Positions 9,889 through 19,029 of a DNA stretch of 64,000 nucleotides are shown here, one piece after another (the first letter of the stretch is position 1; the number at the start of each line of letters is the position of its first letter). Both the position numbers and the translations under genes were made by a program. Source of the DNA: Acidobacteriota bacterium (GTDB taxonomy: Bacteria > Acidobacteriota > Thermoanaerobaculia > Gp7-AA8). The notes under the pieces are model-generated. The model had not been told where the DNA came from, made no database searches, and saw only the letters and a program-made list of their open reading frames with translations. The stretch covers positions 192,001-256,000 of the forward strand of contig JAFATB010000023.1 in assembly GCA_019244185.1 (NCBI GenBank), written 5' to 3'.

Positions 9889-10796
9889 AACGCGGCGATC
9901 TTCTTGAACAGCCGCCCGCCGACGTCGCTCTTCACCTCGAACGTGCAGCCGCCGACGTGCGGCGTGAGGATGAGGCGCGGATCGTCGGGGAACCCGCCTT
10001 CCGGCGGCTCGGGATCGAAGACGTCGAGCGCGAGTCCCGCGAGCGCGTTCGCCGCGAGCGCGTCGAGTGCCGCGCGCTGATCGAGCACCTCGCCGCGCGA
10101 GGCATTGATGACGTACGCGCCGCGCGGCAGCCGCGCGAGCTCGCGGGCGCCGACGATGCGCCGCGTCTCCGGCGAGAGCGGCACGTGCAGCGTGAGGATG
10201 TCGCTCGACGCCAGCAGCTCGTCGAGCGTCGCCGCGCGCGCGGCGTTGCGCTCGACGAAGTCGGCGTCCGACAGATACGGATCGAACGCACGCACGTCCA
10301 TGCCGAAGACGCGCGCGAGCCGCGCCACGCGCAGGCCGACGTTGCCAAGTCCGACGATGCCGAGGCGGTGGTGGTGGAGCTCGTGGCGCGTCGCGCAATC
10401 CTCGCGCGGCCACGCGCCGCGGACGACTTCGCGCGTGTAACACGGCACCGTGCGCGTCAGCGAGATCATGAAGCCGAGCACCAGCTCCGCGACCGCGTCC
10501 GCGTTCACACCGGGCATGTGGAGGACGCGGATGCCGCGCTCGCGCACCGCGTCCGCGTCGATGTTGTCGATGCCGCTCGTGCCCTGCGCGATCAGCTCGA
10601 GATTGGGCGCGGCGTCGAGCACACGGCGCGAGACCTTGTTGTACGCGCGCGTGACGAGCACCTGCGCGTCGCCGACGATGCGCGCGAGCTCGTCCTCGGT
10701 CCGCACCGGGTTGCGCGTCACGACGAAACGGCCGTCGGCTTCGGCGCGCGCGTCGAGCGAGCGGTCGATGTCCGCGGCGATCAGAAGGCGTTTCAT
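9876..10796 (-). CDS. D-isomer-specific 2-hydroxyacid dehydrogenase (SerA-like)
   Basis: C-terminal part of the long minus-strand ORF, starting MKRLLIAAD. Motifs GIDNID, NADAVAE, GIVGLGNVG, LHVPL, INASRG and LTPHVGG. Confidence 0.9.
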   Translation of the reverse strand: MKRLLIAADIDRSLDARAEADGRFVVTRNPVRTEDELARIVGDAQVLVTRAYNKVSRRVLDAAPNLELIAQGTSGIDNIDADAVRERGIRVLHMPGVNADAVAELVLGFMISLTRTVPCYTREVVRGAWPREDCATRHELHHHRLGIVGLGNVGLRVARLARVFGMDVRAFDPYLSDADFVERNAARAATLDELLASSDILTLHVPLSPETRRIVGARELARLPRGAYVINASRGEVLDQRAALDALAANALAGLALDVFDPEPPEGGFPDDPRLILTPHVGGCTFEVKSDVGGRLFKKIAAFYGS

Positions 10797-10820
10797 GGCT
10801 TCACTGTAAACTCTCGCCGC

Positions 10821-13322
10821 TTGCTGCGCTTCCTCCGCAAACACCGGATCGCGCTCATCGCCATCGCGGCGTACAACTTCGTGCTCTTCTTCCCCGTGCT
10901 GTTCATGGGGCGCGCGATCTCTCCGAACGACGTCTACGGCAACTTCGCGCCGTGGGCGGCCGTGCGCGGCGATCTCACGCACGCGCAGAACTCGCTGCTC
11001 AACGATCCGCCCACCGCGTACTTCACGCTGATGTCGCTGGTGAAGAACGACTGGCGCGCGTTTCACTGGAACCCGTACGTCGCCTCCGGCATCCCCGGCT
11101 TCGGCTCGTCCGCCGCGGCGATGCTGTCGCCGTTCATCCTCCTGCCGGTGCTGCTCGTGCCGCTGACGTGGGTCTACACGGCGATCGTCTTTCTGAAGCT
11201 GAACGTCTCGTTTCTCTTCGCGTATCTCTGGCTGCGCGAAGAACGCCTCGGACGCCGCGGCGCCGCGATCGGCGCGCTCGTCGTCGCCGGCGCGGGCGTC
11301 TACGCGGTGCGCTGGCTGTGGCAGATCACGAACGCGACGACACTCTATCCGGCGCTGCTCTGGCTCGTGAGCCGCGCGCGCCACGGCAAGCGGACGTCGA
11401 TCGCGCTGACCGCGTTCGTCGCCTTCGCGTTCGCGCTGGCCGGTTTCCCCGCGGCGATCGCGTACGGCGCATATGTGGTCGTCGCGTACGCGCTGCGGCC
11501 GATGCGCGTCTCGCTCGTCGCGCGCAATCTCGCGGCGGTCGTCATCGCGCTGCTGCTCGTGCTGCCGTCGCTCGTACCGTTCGCGCAGCTGCTGCAGCGC
11601 TCCGGCTATCTCGAAGCGCGGCAGTCGACGAGTCTCGCCGGCGTCTATCCGGTTTCGCACTGGCGCGGCTTCGTGCAGCCGGACCGCCTCGGCAATCCGT
11701 CGTACAAGAACTTCACCGGCGATCCGCAGCTGGGCGTGATGAACAACTACGTCGAGTCGACGATCTACCTCGGCCTCCTCACGCTGCCGCTCGCGCTGCT
11801 CGGCCTCTGCAACCGCCGCGCGCGGACGCGCTGGTTCTGGCTCGCCGTCGCCGTGCTCGTCCTCGGCTGCATGTTCGGCGCGCCCGGCATCGCGCCGTTC
11901 TTCGCGAGGCTGCCCGGCTTCAAGTACTCCGCGCTCGCGCGCGTCGGCTTGCTGCTGCCGCTGCCCGCGGGCTATCTCGCGGGTGCCGGCGCGGCGTGGC
12001 TGCGCGTGCGTTTTCGCGACGTCGCGGCCGGCGCGCTGGCCATCGCCATCGCCGCGGACCTCGCGCTCGTCGCGGGCCGCTTCCATCCGTACCTCACTCC
12101 GGAAGAAGCGGCAATCCCGCAGACGCCGACGCTCGCGTTTCTGCAGCACGACCGCCCGCCCTTCCGCATCGCGCCGTTCTTCAATTACCTCTGGCCGAAC
12201 ACCTCGGAGCTCGTGTGCCTCGAAGACGTACGCAGCCACTTCGGTTCGGAGGCGGCGTATCGGAAATTGTTGTTGCGCATCGATCCGACGTCGTGGGGCG
12301 GCAGCTCGACCGTCATCACGTTCAACAGCCTGAAGTTCAATCTCACCGATCCGCTCGTGCGCTTGCTCGGCATCCGCTGGTTCATCGAGCATCGCGACAT
12401 CGACATCGTGAAGTGGACGATCTTCCAGAGCACGGTGCCGGGCGTGAAGGAGACGGGCACGTTCGCGCTGCGTCCCGGCGCGGTGCTGCAGCGGACGATC
12501 CGCGTGGACGCCGAGCCGTTCTGGGCCATCGAGGTGCCGATGCATCTCGACGCCGCGCGCGGTCGCGTCGACGTCATGCTGCTGAAGAACGACGCGGTGG
12601 TGTGGTCGCGCGCGTTCACGCAGGACGACGTCAACTTTCTCAGCAAGATCTACGTGCCGCTGCGCCCATACGCGCGCCTCGGCGAGAGCGTCGTGCTGCG
12701 CGTGCGCGCGCACAGCGCGCGCGGCTGGATGCTGCAAGGGGAGAACGCGAACGCGGCGGAGGCGCCGCTCTTCTACGGCCGCGTCACGATTCCGATCGTC
12801 TTCGACCGCGCGTTCATCGACGGAAAGCTCTTCCGCAACCTCGGCGAGCTGCCGCGCTTCCGCGGCGTCGCGCATCTGCGCAAGCTGAATGACGACGAGT
12901 TCCTCGCGACGAAGGACGTCGACTTCGAGCGCGAGTCGGTCATCGGCGACCAGCGCTATCAGCCGCCGGAACTCGCGGATACGCCCGCGCGCGTCGCGCT
13001 CGCGTCATACGCGCCGAACGAGCAGCGCATCGTCACCGACGCATCGAACGCGTTCTTCCTCGCGTCGTCGGAGAAGCTGACGCCGGAGCTGCGCATCACC
13101 ATCGACGGCAAGGCCGTGCGTCCCGTGCGCTGCGACCTGCTCTTCGCCGGCACGATCGTGCCCGCGGGACATCACACCGTCGTGTACTCGCGGCGCATCG
13201 CGCGCGGCTGGTGGCCGCTCGCGATCGTGGGATTCGTGGTGTGGGTATTCGTCGCGATCGCGGAAGGAGTGCGGCGGCCGCGCCGCCGCACTCGCAGGAT
13301 CGCGGTTACATCCGCCGCGTGA
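10821..13322 (+). CDS. YfhO-like multi-pass membrane protein (probable GT-C glycosyltransferase)
   Basis: Many TM segments, the WNPYVASGIP motif and a C-terminal VPAGHHTVVYS plus TM. TTG start is inferred. Confidence 0.75.
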   Translation: MLRFLRKHRIALIAIAAYNFVLFFPVLFMGRAISPNDVYGNFAPWAAVRGDLTHAQNSLLNDPPTAYFTLMSLVKNDWRAFHWNPYVASGIPGFGSSAAAMLSPFILLPVLLVPLTWVYTAIVFLKLNVSFLFAYLWLREERLGRRGAAIGALVVAGAGVYAVRWLWQITNATTLYPALLWLVSRARHGKRTSIALTAFVAFAFALAGFPAAIAYGAYVVVAYALRPMRVSLVARNLAAVVIALLLVLPSLVPFAQLLQRSGYLEARQSTSLAGVYPVSHWRGFVQPDRLGNPSYKNFTGDPQLGVMNNYVESTIYLGLLTLPLALLGLCNRRARTRWFWLAVAVLVLGCMFGAPGIAPFFARLPGFKYSALARVGLLLPLPAGYLAGAGAAWLRVRFRDVAAGALAIAIAADLALVAGRFHPYLTPEEAAIPQTPTLAFLQHDRPPFRIAPFFNYLWPNTSELVCLEDVRSHFGSEAAYRKLLLRIDPTSWGGSSTVITFNSLKFNLTDPLVRLLGIRWFIEHRDIDIVKWTIFQSTVPGVKETGTFALRPGAVLQRTIRVDAEPFWAIEVPMHLDAARGRVDVMLLKNDAVVWSRAFTQDDVNFLSKIYVPLRPYARLGESVVLRVRAHSARGWMLQGENANAAEAPLFYGRVTIPIVFDRAFIDGKLFRNLGELPRFRGVAHLRKLNDDEFLATKDVDFERESVIGDQRYQPPELADTPARVALASYAPNEQRIVTDASNAFFLASSEKLTPELRITIDGKAVRPVRCDLLFAGTIVPAGHHTVVYSRRIARGWWPLAIVGFVVWVFVAIAEGVRRPRRRTRRIAVTSAA

Positions 13323-15648
13323 ACCACACGCCCGCGACGGCGAGCATGAGTCCCATCACGAGAAGCGCGAAGCCGCTCGCGGTGGGCACGGGCGTCACGA
13401 GCGCGGGCGCGATGACGACCGGCGCGGCCGCGCTGTTCGCGGGCGTCGGATCGTCGGCGTCGCTGGTGACGGTGGCGGTGTTCGTCTGCGTACCGGAAGC
13501 GATCGCGCGCACGCTGATCGAGCGCGTGGTGTTCGCACCGTTCGCGAGCGTCGGAATCGTGCACGTCACGGTGCCGGACGACTCGCTGCAGCCGCTGTCG
13601 GCGGAGACGAACTCGAGGCCCGCCGGCAGCGTGTCGGTGATGACGACGTTCGTGGCGTCGTCCGGACCCGCGTTCGTGACCTTGAGGTCGTACGAGATGA
13701 TCGAGCCGACCGTGTACGGCGGCGGCGTGGTCACGGTCTTCGTGATCGAGAGATCGGCCGTCGTCGCGGCGATGACGCACGCCGGCGGCGCGGAGAGGAA
13801 CGGATCGAAGTCGACGTCGCCCTCGATCTTCGCCGCAATGGCCGCGGCGTTCGTCGTGCCCCAGTAGTTGTTCTCCGCCTTCACGGTCGCAACGCCTTCG
13901 TTGATCATGTTGAAGCCGCCGTTGTCGTGAATCGAGTTGTTGCCGGGCGAACGGCCGCCGCCGCCGAAGTCGGGCGGAACGTCGTCGCTCGCGGCCGTGA
14001 CGGCGTCTCGGGAGTTGTTCGCGAAGAGATTGCAGGAGATGCTCGGTGCGAGCGACGTGTAGGTCGTGGTGCCGATGAAGAAGGCGTCCTCGTTGTCCTC
14101 GACGTCGTTGCCGGTGGCCTGGATGTCGTGCGGCGGGAGCGTGGCCTGCGCGTGCACGCCGCCGCCGGTCACGACCTCGCTGTCGTCTTCGACCTGGATG
14201 CCGAGTCCGCCGTTGGCGCCGCTCACCTCGTTGTCGCGGAACTCGAGCTGGTCGGTGGTCGTGCTTGCGCCTTCGATGACGCCGAAGAAGGACACGATGC
14301 CGTAGCTGCTGCTCTCCGTCGGAGGAGCGTCCAGCGTCACATGATTGCCGGTCACGCTCAGTTGGATGTTCGAGTCGCCGCTGCTGTAGAGGTACTGATA
14401 CATCACCATGCCGCCGAGGCCCGCGTCGGTGACGGTGTTGCCGGAGATCGTGACGTCGTACGCGACGTCGCCGGCCGCGGTCGTGTGCACGGGATGCGCG
14501 GCCGCGCGTTTGGCGGCCGCGCGCTTCGGGGCCGTTCGCTTCGCGCTTTGGCGCGCCTTCATCCGCTGCAGCTGCGCGGCGAGCGACGCGCGATCCTTCG
14601 GGATCGAGAAGCGTGCCGTCGCGGACTTCGCGGTGACGCTGACCGGCGGCGGCGTTTCGCCGAAGGACGGTGCGCTGAGAAGGAACACGGCCGAGGTCGT
14701 GGAGTGGTTGTCCGTGAATGACGGCGAGAACTGGCGCGCGCCGGCGCCGTCGTACACCGTGCCCACGTCGATGAAGTTCGACGTGAAGGTGTTGTTCTGA
14801 ACCACCGGCGCCATGATGCCGGCGTTGCTGTCGTAGTTGTACGGGCCGGTGCCGATCAGGGCGATGCCGAGACCGTTTCCTTCGAACGTGTTGCCGCTGA
14901 TCGTCGGCGCGATCGTTCCTTCCGCCGGTCCGACGGCGTGCGTCGCCGGCGCGTGCACGTCGCTGCCGCCGGCGATGAACGTGAGGGCGACGCCGCCCGC
15001 GAGCGTGGCTGCCTGTTGTGCCGAGGGACCCGACTTCGCGGCGCGCGTCGCAGTTGGCGGTGGACCGGCGTCCGCGACTCCGCCGAGACCGGTGAAGTCG
15101 TTGTTCGAGATCGTGGGCGTGAAGGTTCCGGGGATGTTCGCGTCGAACACGAACGCGGCGATGCCGGTGTCCTGCTCGTCGGGATAGCCGACGAAACGGT
15201 TTCCGTCGATGACCGGCGACTGCACGGAGTCGGAGATGAACACCATCAGCGGATCGTCCGCGCCTTCGCCGTCATGCCGCAGCTCGAAGCCGTGCAGGTA
15301 CGTCGTTGCCGAGAGCGTGTCTTCGTTCTCGAACACCGGCACACCTTCGGGCGCGACGATGCTCGTCGCATCGCGGTCGGCGCCGACGATCCGCACGCCG
15401 TCTTTCAGCGCGAGCGGAAACGACTCGCCGCTCGCGGTGTCGTACGTGCCCGGCGCGACCTGAATCTCGTCGCCGGACGATGACGCCGCGAGCGCCGCGG
15501 TGATGGTCGTGTAATCGGGAGTGCCGCTGTGCGCGACGGTGCGGATGGCAGCAGATACGGTGGGACCGAACGTGAACGAGAACATCAGACCGAGACCCGC
15601 GATCGCGCGCGCGTGACGCGCACGTTCGCCCTGGGAAAACAGGCCCAT
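13306..15648 (-). CDS. Secreted beta-helix (DUF1565-like) and DUF11 protein with IPTL-CTERM sorting tail
   Basis: Signal peptide; YTTITAAL..IQVAPGTY..GESFPL; repeated PTISxNxF turns; DUF11 pattern ADLSITK..VTNAGPDDATNVVITDTLP; C-terminus VPTASGFALLVMGLMLAVAGVWFTRRM. SD upstream of ATG 15648. Confidence 0.82.
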   Translation of the reverse strand: MGLFSQGERARHARAIAGLGLMFSFTFGPTVSAAIRTVAHSGTPDYTTITAALAASSSGDEIQVAPGTYDTASGESFPLALKDGVRIVGADRDATSIVAPEGVPVFENEDTLSATTYLHGFELRHDGEGADDPLMVFISDSVQSPVIDGNRFVGYPDEQDTGIAAFVFDANIPGTFTPTISNNDFTGLGGVADAGPPPTATRAAKSGPSAQQAATLAGGVALTFIAGGSDVHAPATHAVGPAEGTIAPTISGNTFEGNGLGIALIGTGPYNYDSNAGIMAPVVQNNTFTSNFIDVGTVYDGAGARQFSPSFTDNHSTTSAVFLLSAPSFGETPPPVSVTAKSATARFSIPKDRASLAAQLQRMKARQSAKRTAPKRAAAKRAAAHPVHTTAAGDVAYDVTISGNTVTDAGLGGMVMYQYLYSSGDSNIQLSVTGNHVTLDAPPTESSSYGIVSFFGVIEGASTTTDQLEFRDNEVSGANGGLGIQVEDDSEVVTGGGVHAQATLPPHDIQATGNDVEDNEDAFFIGTTTYTSLAPSISCNLFANNSRDAVTAASDDVPPDFGGGGRSPGNNSIHDNGGFNMINEGVATVKAENNYWGTTNAAAIAAKIEGDVDFDPFLSAPPACVIAATTADLSITKTVTTPPPYTVGSIISYDLKVTNAGPDDATNVVITDTLPAGLEFVSADSGCSESSGTVTCTIPTLANGANTTRSISVRAIASGTQTNTATVTSDADDPTPANSAAAPVVIAPALVTPVPTASGFALLVMGLMLAVAGVWFTRRM

Positions 15649-15724
15649 GAACCCTCCTCTTTTTCTGCGATGTCTCCGGTGGGGAACCCTGCGCAGCGAT
15701 GCTAGACGCGCGGAGTGAGTACGG

Positions 15725-17968
15725 TCAACGGGAATCCGGCGGATACAGCAGCGTTCGCAATCCCGCATCGCGCTCGGCGACTTCGACGAGCGGCGTGCCG
15801 ACGAGCGCGATGCCGCGCCGCAGCGCATCCTGCGCGCGCTCCCGATGGCCGAGCTGCAGTTCGAGCGAGGCCACTTTCGCCCACGCGCGCGGCTGCCGCG
15901 CCGCGACGTCGCGCCACATCGCGACCGCGCGCGTCGTGTCGCCGCTGCGCTCGAGCGCGTACGCGAGACGCATGCGCGCGACGAGGAGATCGGGCCGCCG
16001 CCGCGCCGCGTCCGCGAGCAGCGGGATCGCGGCTTTCGGCTGATTCGACTCGAACAGCAGCGCGCCGAGGTTGTAGGTTGCGTCGACGTTGTCCGAATCG
16101 AGCCGATGCGCTTTCGCGATCGCGGCGAGGGCTTCGCGGCGATGTCCGGTGCGGTCGAGCACCGAGCCGAGGTTGTTCCAGCTCATCGAATGCGAGGGAT
16201 CGGCGCGCACGGCGAGCGTGTACATCGCCAGCGCGTCCGGCAAGCGCTGCGCGCGCTCGTAGAGAACGCCGAGGTTGTACGCGACGGCGTGATTCTTCGG
16301 ATCGCGGCGGTGAGCTTCTTCGAGCAGCTGCAGCGCCTCGGCGGACTTGCCGCTTCGATTGAGCACGTCGCCGAGCGCCGCGGCGATGGCACTCGAACTC
16401 GGATCGAGCCGCTGCGTCTCGCGCAGCAGCGCCTCGGCTTCAACGAGACGTCCTGCATCGCGCAGCAGCTCCGCGCGCGGAATGACGAACGCGGTGTTCG
16501 ACGGCTCGCGCGCGACAGCGTGCTGCAGCACGGCGAGCGCGTCGTCGCGATGGCCGCCGAGCGCGAGCGCCTGCGCGAGCAGCGAGGCGACGGCGTTGCT
16601 CTGGGATTCGCTCGCTTGCAGCGCGCGCAGCTCCGCCGCGGCGGCGTCGAACTGGCGCGTGCGGAGCAGCTCCTGCGCGTGCCCGTACGACTGCCATGCG
16701 GCGATGCGGTCTTTCGGATCAGCGGCGTTTGTCGCGTCGCGCGGCGCGGTGCTGACGATGTAGCCGAGGGCGGCGAGCTTGCGCCGCGTCTCCTCGTCGA
16801 CCGGCGCGCTCGCGTTGCCGCGGAACGCGTCGGATGCGGCGATCGCATCGAGCTGCGCGAACAGCGAGCGCGACTCGCGCGAGAGACTCGCGCCGTAGAG
16901 GTTGTGGCGTTCCGCGCGGTCGCCGCGCACGTCGTACGCTTCCGCGCGCGGCGCGCGAATCACGCGCGCGGCATCGCTGCGCAGCGAGCGCAGCTCCGAC
17001 CAGCCGAAGTTCATGCGGCCGGCGAAGGTCTCGCTGTACGCGCGGCGCGCGGACTTGTCGGCGAAGAGCGACGTGCCGTCGAGGTTCTGCGCGTTGATTC
17101 CGAGGAGGTCGAGGATCGTGGGCACGAGGTCGACGTGGCGCGCGACCGTGTCGATCGTGCGTCCGCGCGGCACGTGCGGGCCTGCGAAAAGCAGCGGCAC
17201 GCGCGTGGTCTCGTCGTAGACGAAGAGACCGTGTCCGCGCTCGCCATGCTCGCCGAACGCCTCGCCGTGGTCGGAGGTAAAGACGACCAGCGTGTCGTCC
17301 AGCGCATGCGCGGCGCGCAGCGCATCGAGCACGCGTCCGAGCTCGCGGTCCGCGTAGTGGATCTCCGCGGCGTACGCGTCATTCGGAAACGCCCACGCGA
17401 CGTCGGCGGGCGGCGTGTACGGCGCGTGCGGATCGTAGAAATGCAGCCAGAGAAAAAACGGCCGCTCCGGCTTCTGCAGCGCGAGCCAGCGCAGCGCCTT
17501 GTCCGCGATCGCGCGCGCGCCGAGCTCGCGTCCGCCGCCGAGGTCGTCGTCGTACGCGTCGAAGCCCTGGTCGAAGCCGAAGCGATGATCGAGCACGTAC
17601 GACGCGACGATCGCGTGCGTGGCGTAGCCCGCGTCGTGCAGGCGCCGCGCGAGCGTCGCATGCGATGCGTCGAGCACGAACGCGCCGTTGTTGCGCAGGC
17701 CGTGATGGAACGGCTGCAAGCCCGTGAGGATCGACGCGTGCGATGGCGCGGTGAGCGGCTGCGACGCGATCGCGGTCGTGAACGCGGTGCCGGTTTTCGC
17801 GAGCGCATCGAGCGACGGCGTCACGCCGGGATGTCCGCTCGCGAAGGCGCCTGCGAAGCCGACGCGATCCGCGCGCGTGGTGTCGAACGTCACGAGCAGG
17901 ACGTTCGGCCGATGCTTCGCGCACGCTGCCGCCGTCAGAAGTGCGAGAGCGAGCAGCGCGCGGCGCAC
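15725..17968 (-). CDS. Sulfatase/alkaline-phosphatase superfamily lipoprotein with C-terminal TPR repeats
   Basis: Lipobox AAAC; motifs PNVLLVTFDTTRAD, PLTAPSHASILTG, HFYDPH and SDHGE; TPR helices (YNLG, WNNLG). Confidence 0.88.
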   Translation of the reverse strand: MRRALLALALLTAAACAKHRPNVLLVTFDTTRADRVGFAGAFASGHPGVTPSLDALAKTGTAFTTAIASQPLTAPSHASILTGLQPFHHGLRNNGAFVLDASHATLARRLHDAGYATHAIVASYVLDHRFGFDQGFDAYDDDLGGGRELGARAIADKALRWLALQKPERPFFLWLHFYDPHAPYTPPADVAWAFPNDAYAAEIHYADRELGRVLDALRAAHALDDTLVVFTSDHGEAFGEHGERGHGLFVYDETTRVPLLFAGPHVPRGRTIDTVARHVDLVPTILDLLGINAQNLDGTSLFADKSARRAYSETFAGRMNFGWSELRSLRSDAARVIRAPRAEAYDVRGDRAERHNLYGASLSRESRSLFAQLDAIAASDAFRGNASAPVDEETRRKLAALGYIVSTAPRDATNAADPKDRIAAWQSYGHAQELLRTRQFDAAAAELRALQASESQSNAVASLLAQALALGGHRDDALAVLQHAVAREPSNTAFVIPRAELLRDAGRLVEAEALLRETQRLDPSSSAIAAALGDVLNRSGKSAEALQLLEEAHRRDPKNHAVAYNLGVLYERAQRLPDALAMYTLAVRADPSHSMSWNNLGSVLDRTGHRREALAAIAKAHRLDSDNVDATYNLGALLFESNQPKAAIPLLADAARRRPDLLVARMRLAYALERSGDTTRAVAMWRDVAARQPRAWAKVASLELQLGHRERAQDALRRGIALVGTPLVEVAERDAGLRTLLYPPDSR

Positions 17969-17973
17969 GGCGT

Positions 17974-18651
17974 TCAGGCTTTCTTCGCCACCAGGATGAT
18001 CTGGTACGCGAACATCGATCGCCACAGCCGCGTGACCCACGAGAGCACGCGTTCCATCGCGCGCAGCAGCGGCTCGGGCGTGAAGCGTCCGAGGATGAGG
18101 CGGATCGGAATCGACGAGCCGCGCACCTCCAGGATGCGGAAGCCGGCGCGCTCGACTTCGCGGCGGATCGTGCGCAGCGTGTAGAAGCGCAGATGCGTCG
18201 CGTCGAGGATGCCACGCTCGCGATACTCGAAGATGCCGAAGAGCAGGCCGAGGCGCGTGGTGATGTTGGCGATGTTCGGCACGGAGATGAACGCGTGGCC
18301 GTCGGAGGCGAGCGCCTCGCGCACGAGGCGCAACGCGGCGGCGGGATTGCGGAGATGTTCGAGCACGTCCGCGAGCACGATCGCGTCGACGTTCGGCGGC
18401 AGACGCTTCACGCGTTCGAGATCGGCGACGACGACGGAGTCGAAGCGCCCGCGCAGATCGACGAGACAGTCGGCGTTGTATTCGAAGCCGACTGTGCGCG
18501 TGAACTGCTCGCGCAGCGCGGAGCCGAGCTCGCCGCCGGCCGCGCCGAGGTCGAGGAGCGAGCCGCCGCGCGGCGCGTGCTTGCGCACCAGCTCGAGCAG
18601 AATCCGATGGCTGCTGCCTTCGAAATCCTTGAAGGTGTAGACGTTCGGCAT
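17974..18651 (-). CDS. Class I SAM-dependent methyltransferase
   Basis: Motifs LLDLGAAGG, DVLEHL, SVPNIAN and GILDATHLRFYT. Confidence 0.88.
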   Translation of the reverse strand: MPNVYTFKDFEGSSHRILLELVRKHAPRGGSLLDLGAAGGELGSALREQFTRTVGFEYNADCLVDLRGRFDSVVVADLERVKRLPPNVDAIVLADVLEHLRNPAAALRLVREALASDGHAFISVPNIANITTRLGLLFGIFEYRERGILDATHLRFYTLRTIRREVERAGFRILEVRGSSIPIRLILGRFTPEPLLRAMERVLSWVTRLWRSMFAYQIILVAKKA

Positions 18652-18652
18652 G

Positions 18653-19021
18653 TCAGAAGTCGGAGTACGGCTTCCCCGCGCCGCTGTGCACGTCGGTGAT
18701 CGCGGTGTCGCTCTTCGCCGCGGCCGTCGTGAAGTCGGCGCTCGGCGCCACCGTCTCCTCGGTATCGAAGCGCCATGTCTTCGCCGAATTCGTGATCGGA
18801 TCGACCGGCACGCGCGGCAGATACTTCGGCACGAGCTCGTCGAGCGCGTGCGGATAGCGTCCCGTGTCGTGATGAAACCGCGCGATGGCCGCGCGCATTT
18901 GCGCGAGCATGGCGCGCAGCGTTTCCGGCCGGCGATCGACGTGCTCGCGGCACGCGATCGCGAGCAGCAGAGCGATGCCTGCCGCGAAGCGATGCCTGCC
19001 TCGTGACTCCTGCAGCTTCAT
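18653..19021 (-). CDS. T2SS protein G-like (pseudopilin C-terminal domain) lipoprotein
   Basis: C-terminal part of the minus-strand ORF: LRAMLAQMRAAIARFHHDTGRYPHALDELV...PVDPIT...ITDVHSGA..YSDF. The N-terminus carries an LAIAC lipobox instead of a prepilin cleavage site. Confidence 0.65.
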   Translation of the reverse strand: MKLQESRGRHRFAAGIALLLAIACREHVDRRPETLRAMLAQMRAAIARFHHDTGRYPHALDELVPKYLPRVPVDPITNSAKTWRFDTEETVAPSADFTTAAAKSDTAITDVHSGAGKPYSDF

Positions 19022-19029
19022 GATGGAGA

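Noticed and set aside
8320-12875. Very long alternative ORFs (8320-10443 -, the N-terminal two thirds of 9876-12875 -, 10952-12892 +)
   Set aside because: These are Arg/Ala-rich shadow frames of real genes in high-GC DNA with no motifs. Only the 9876-10796 and 10821-13322 parts are credible.
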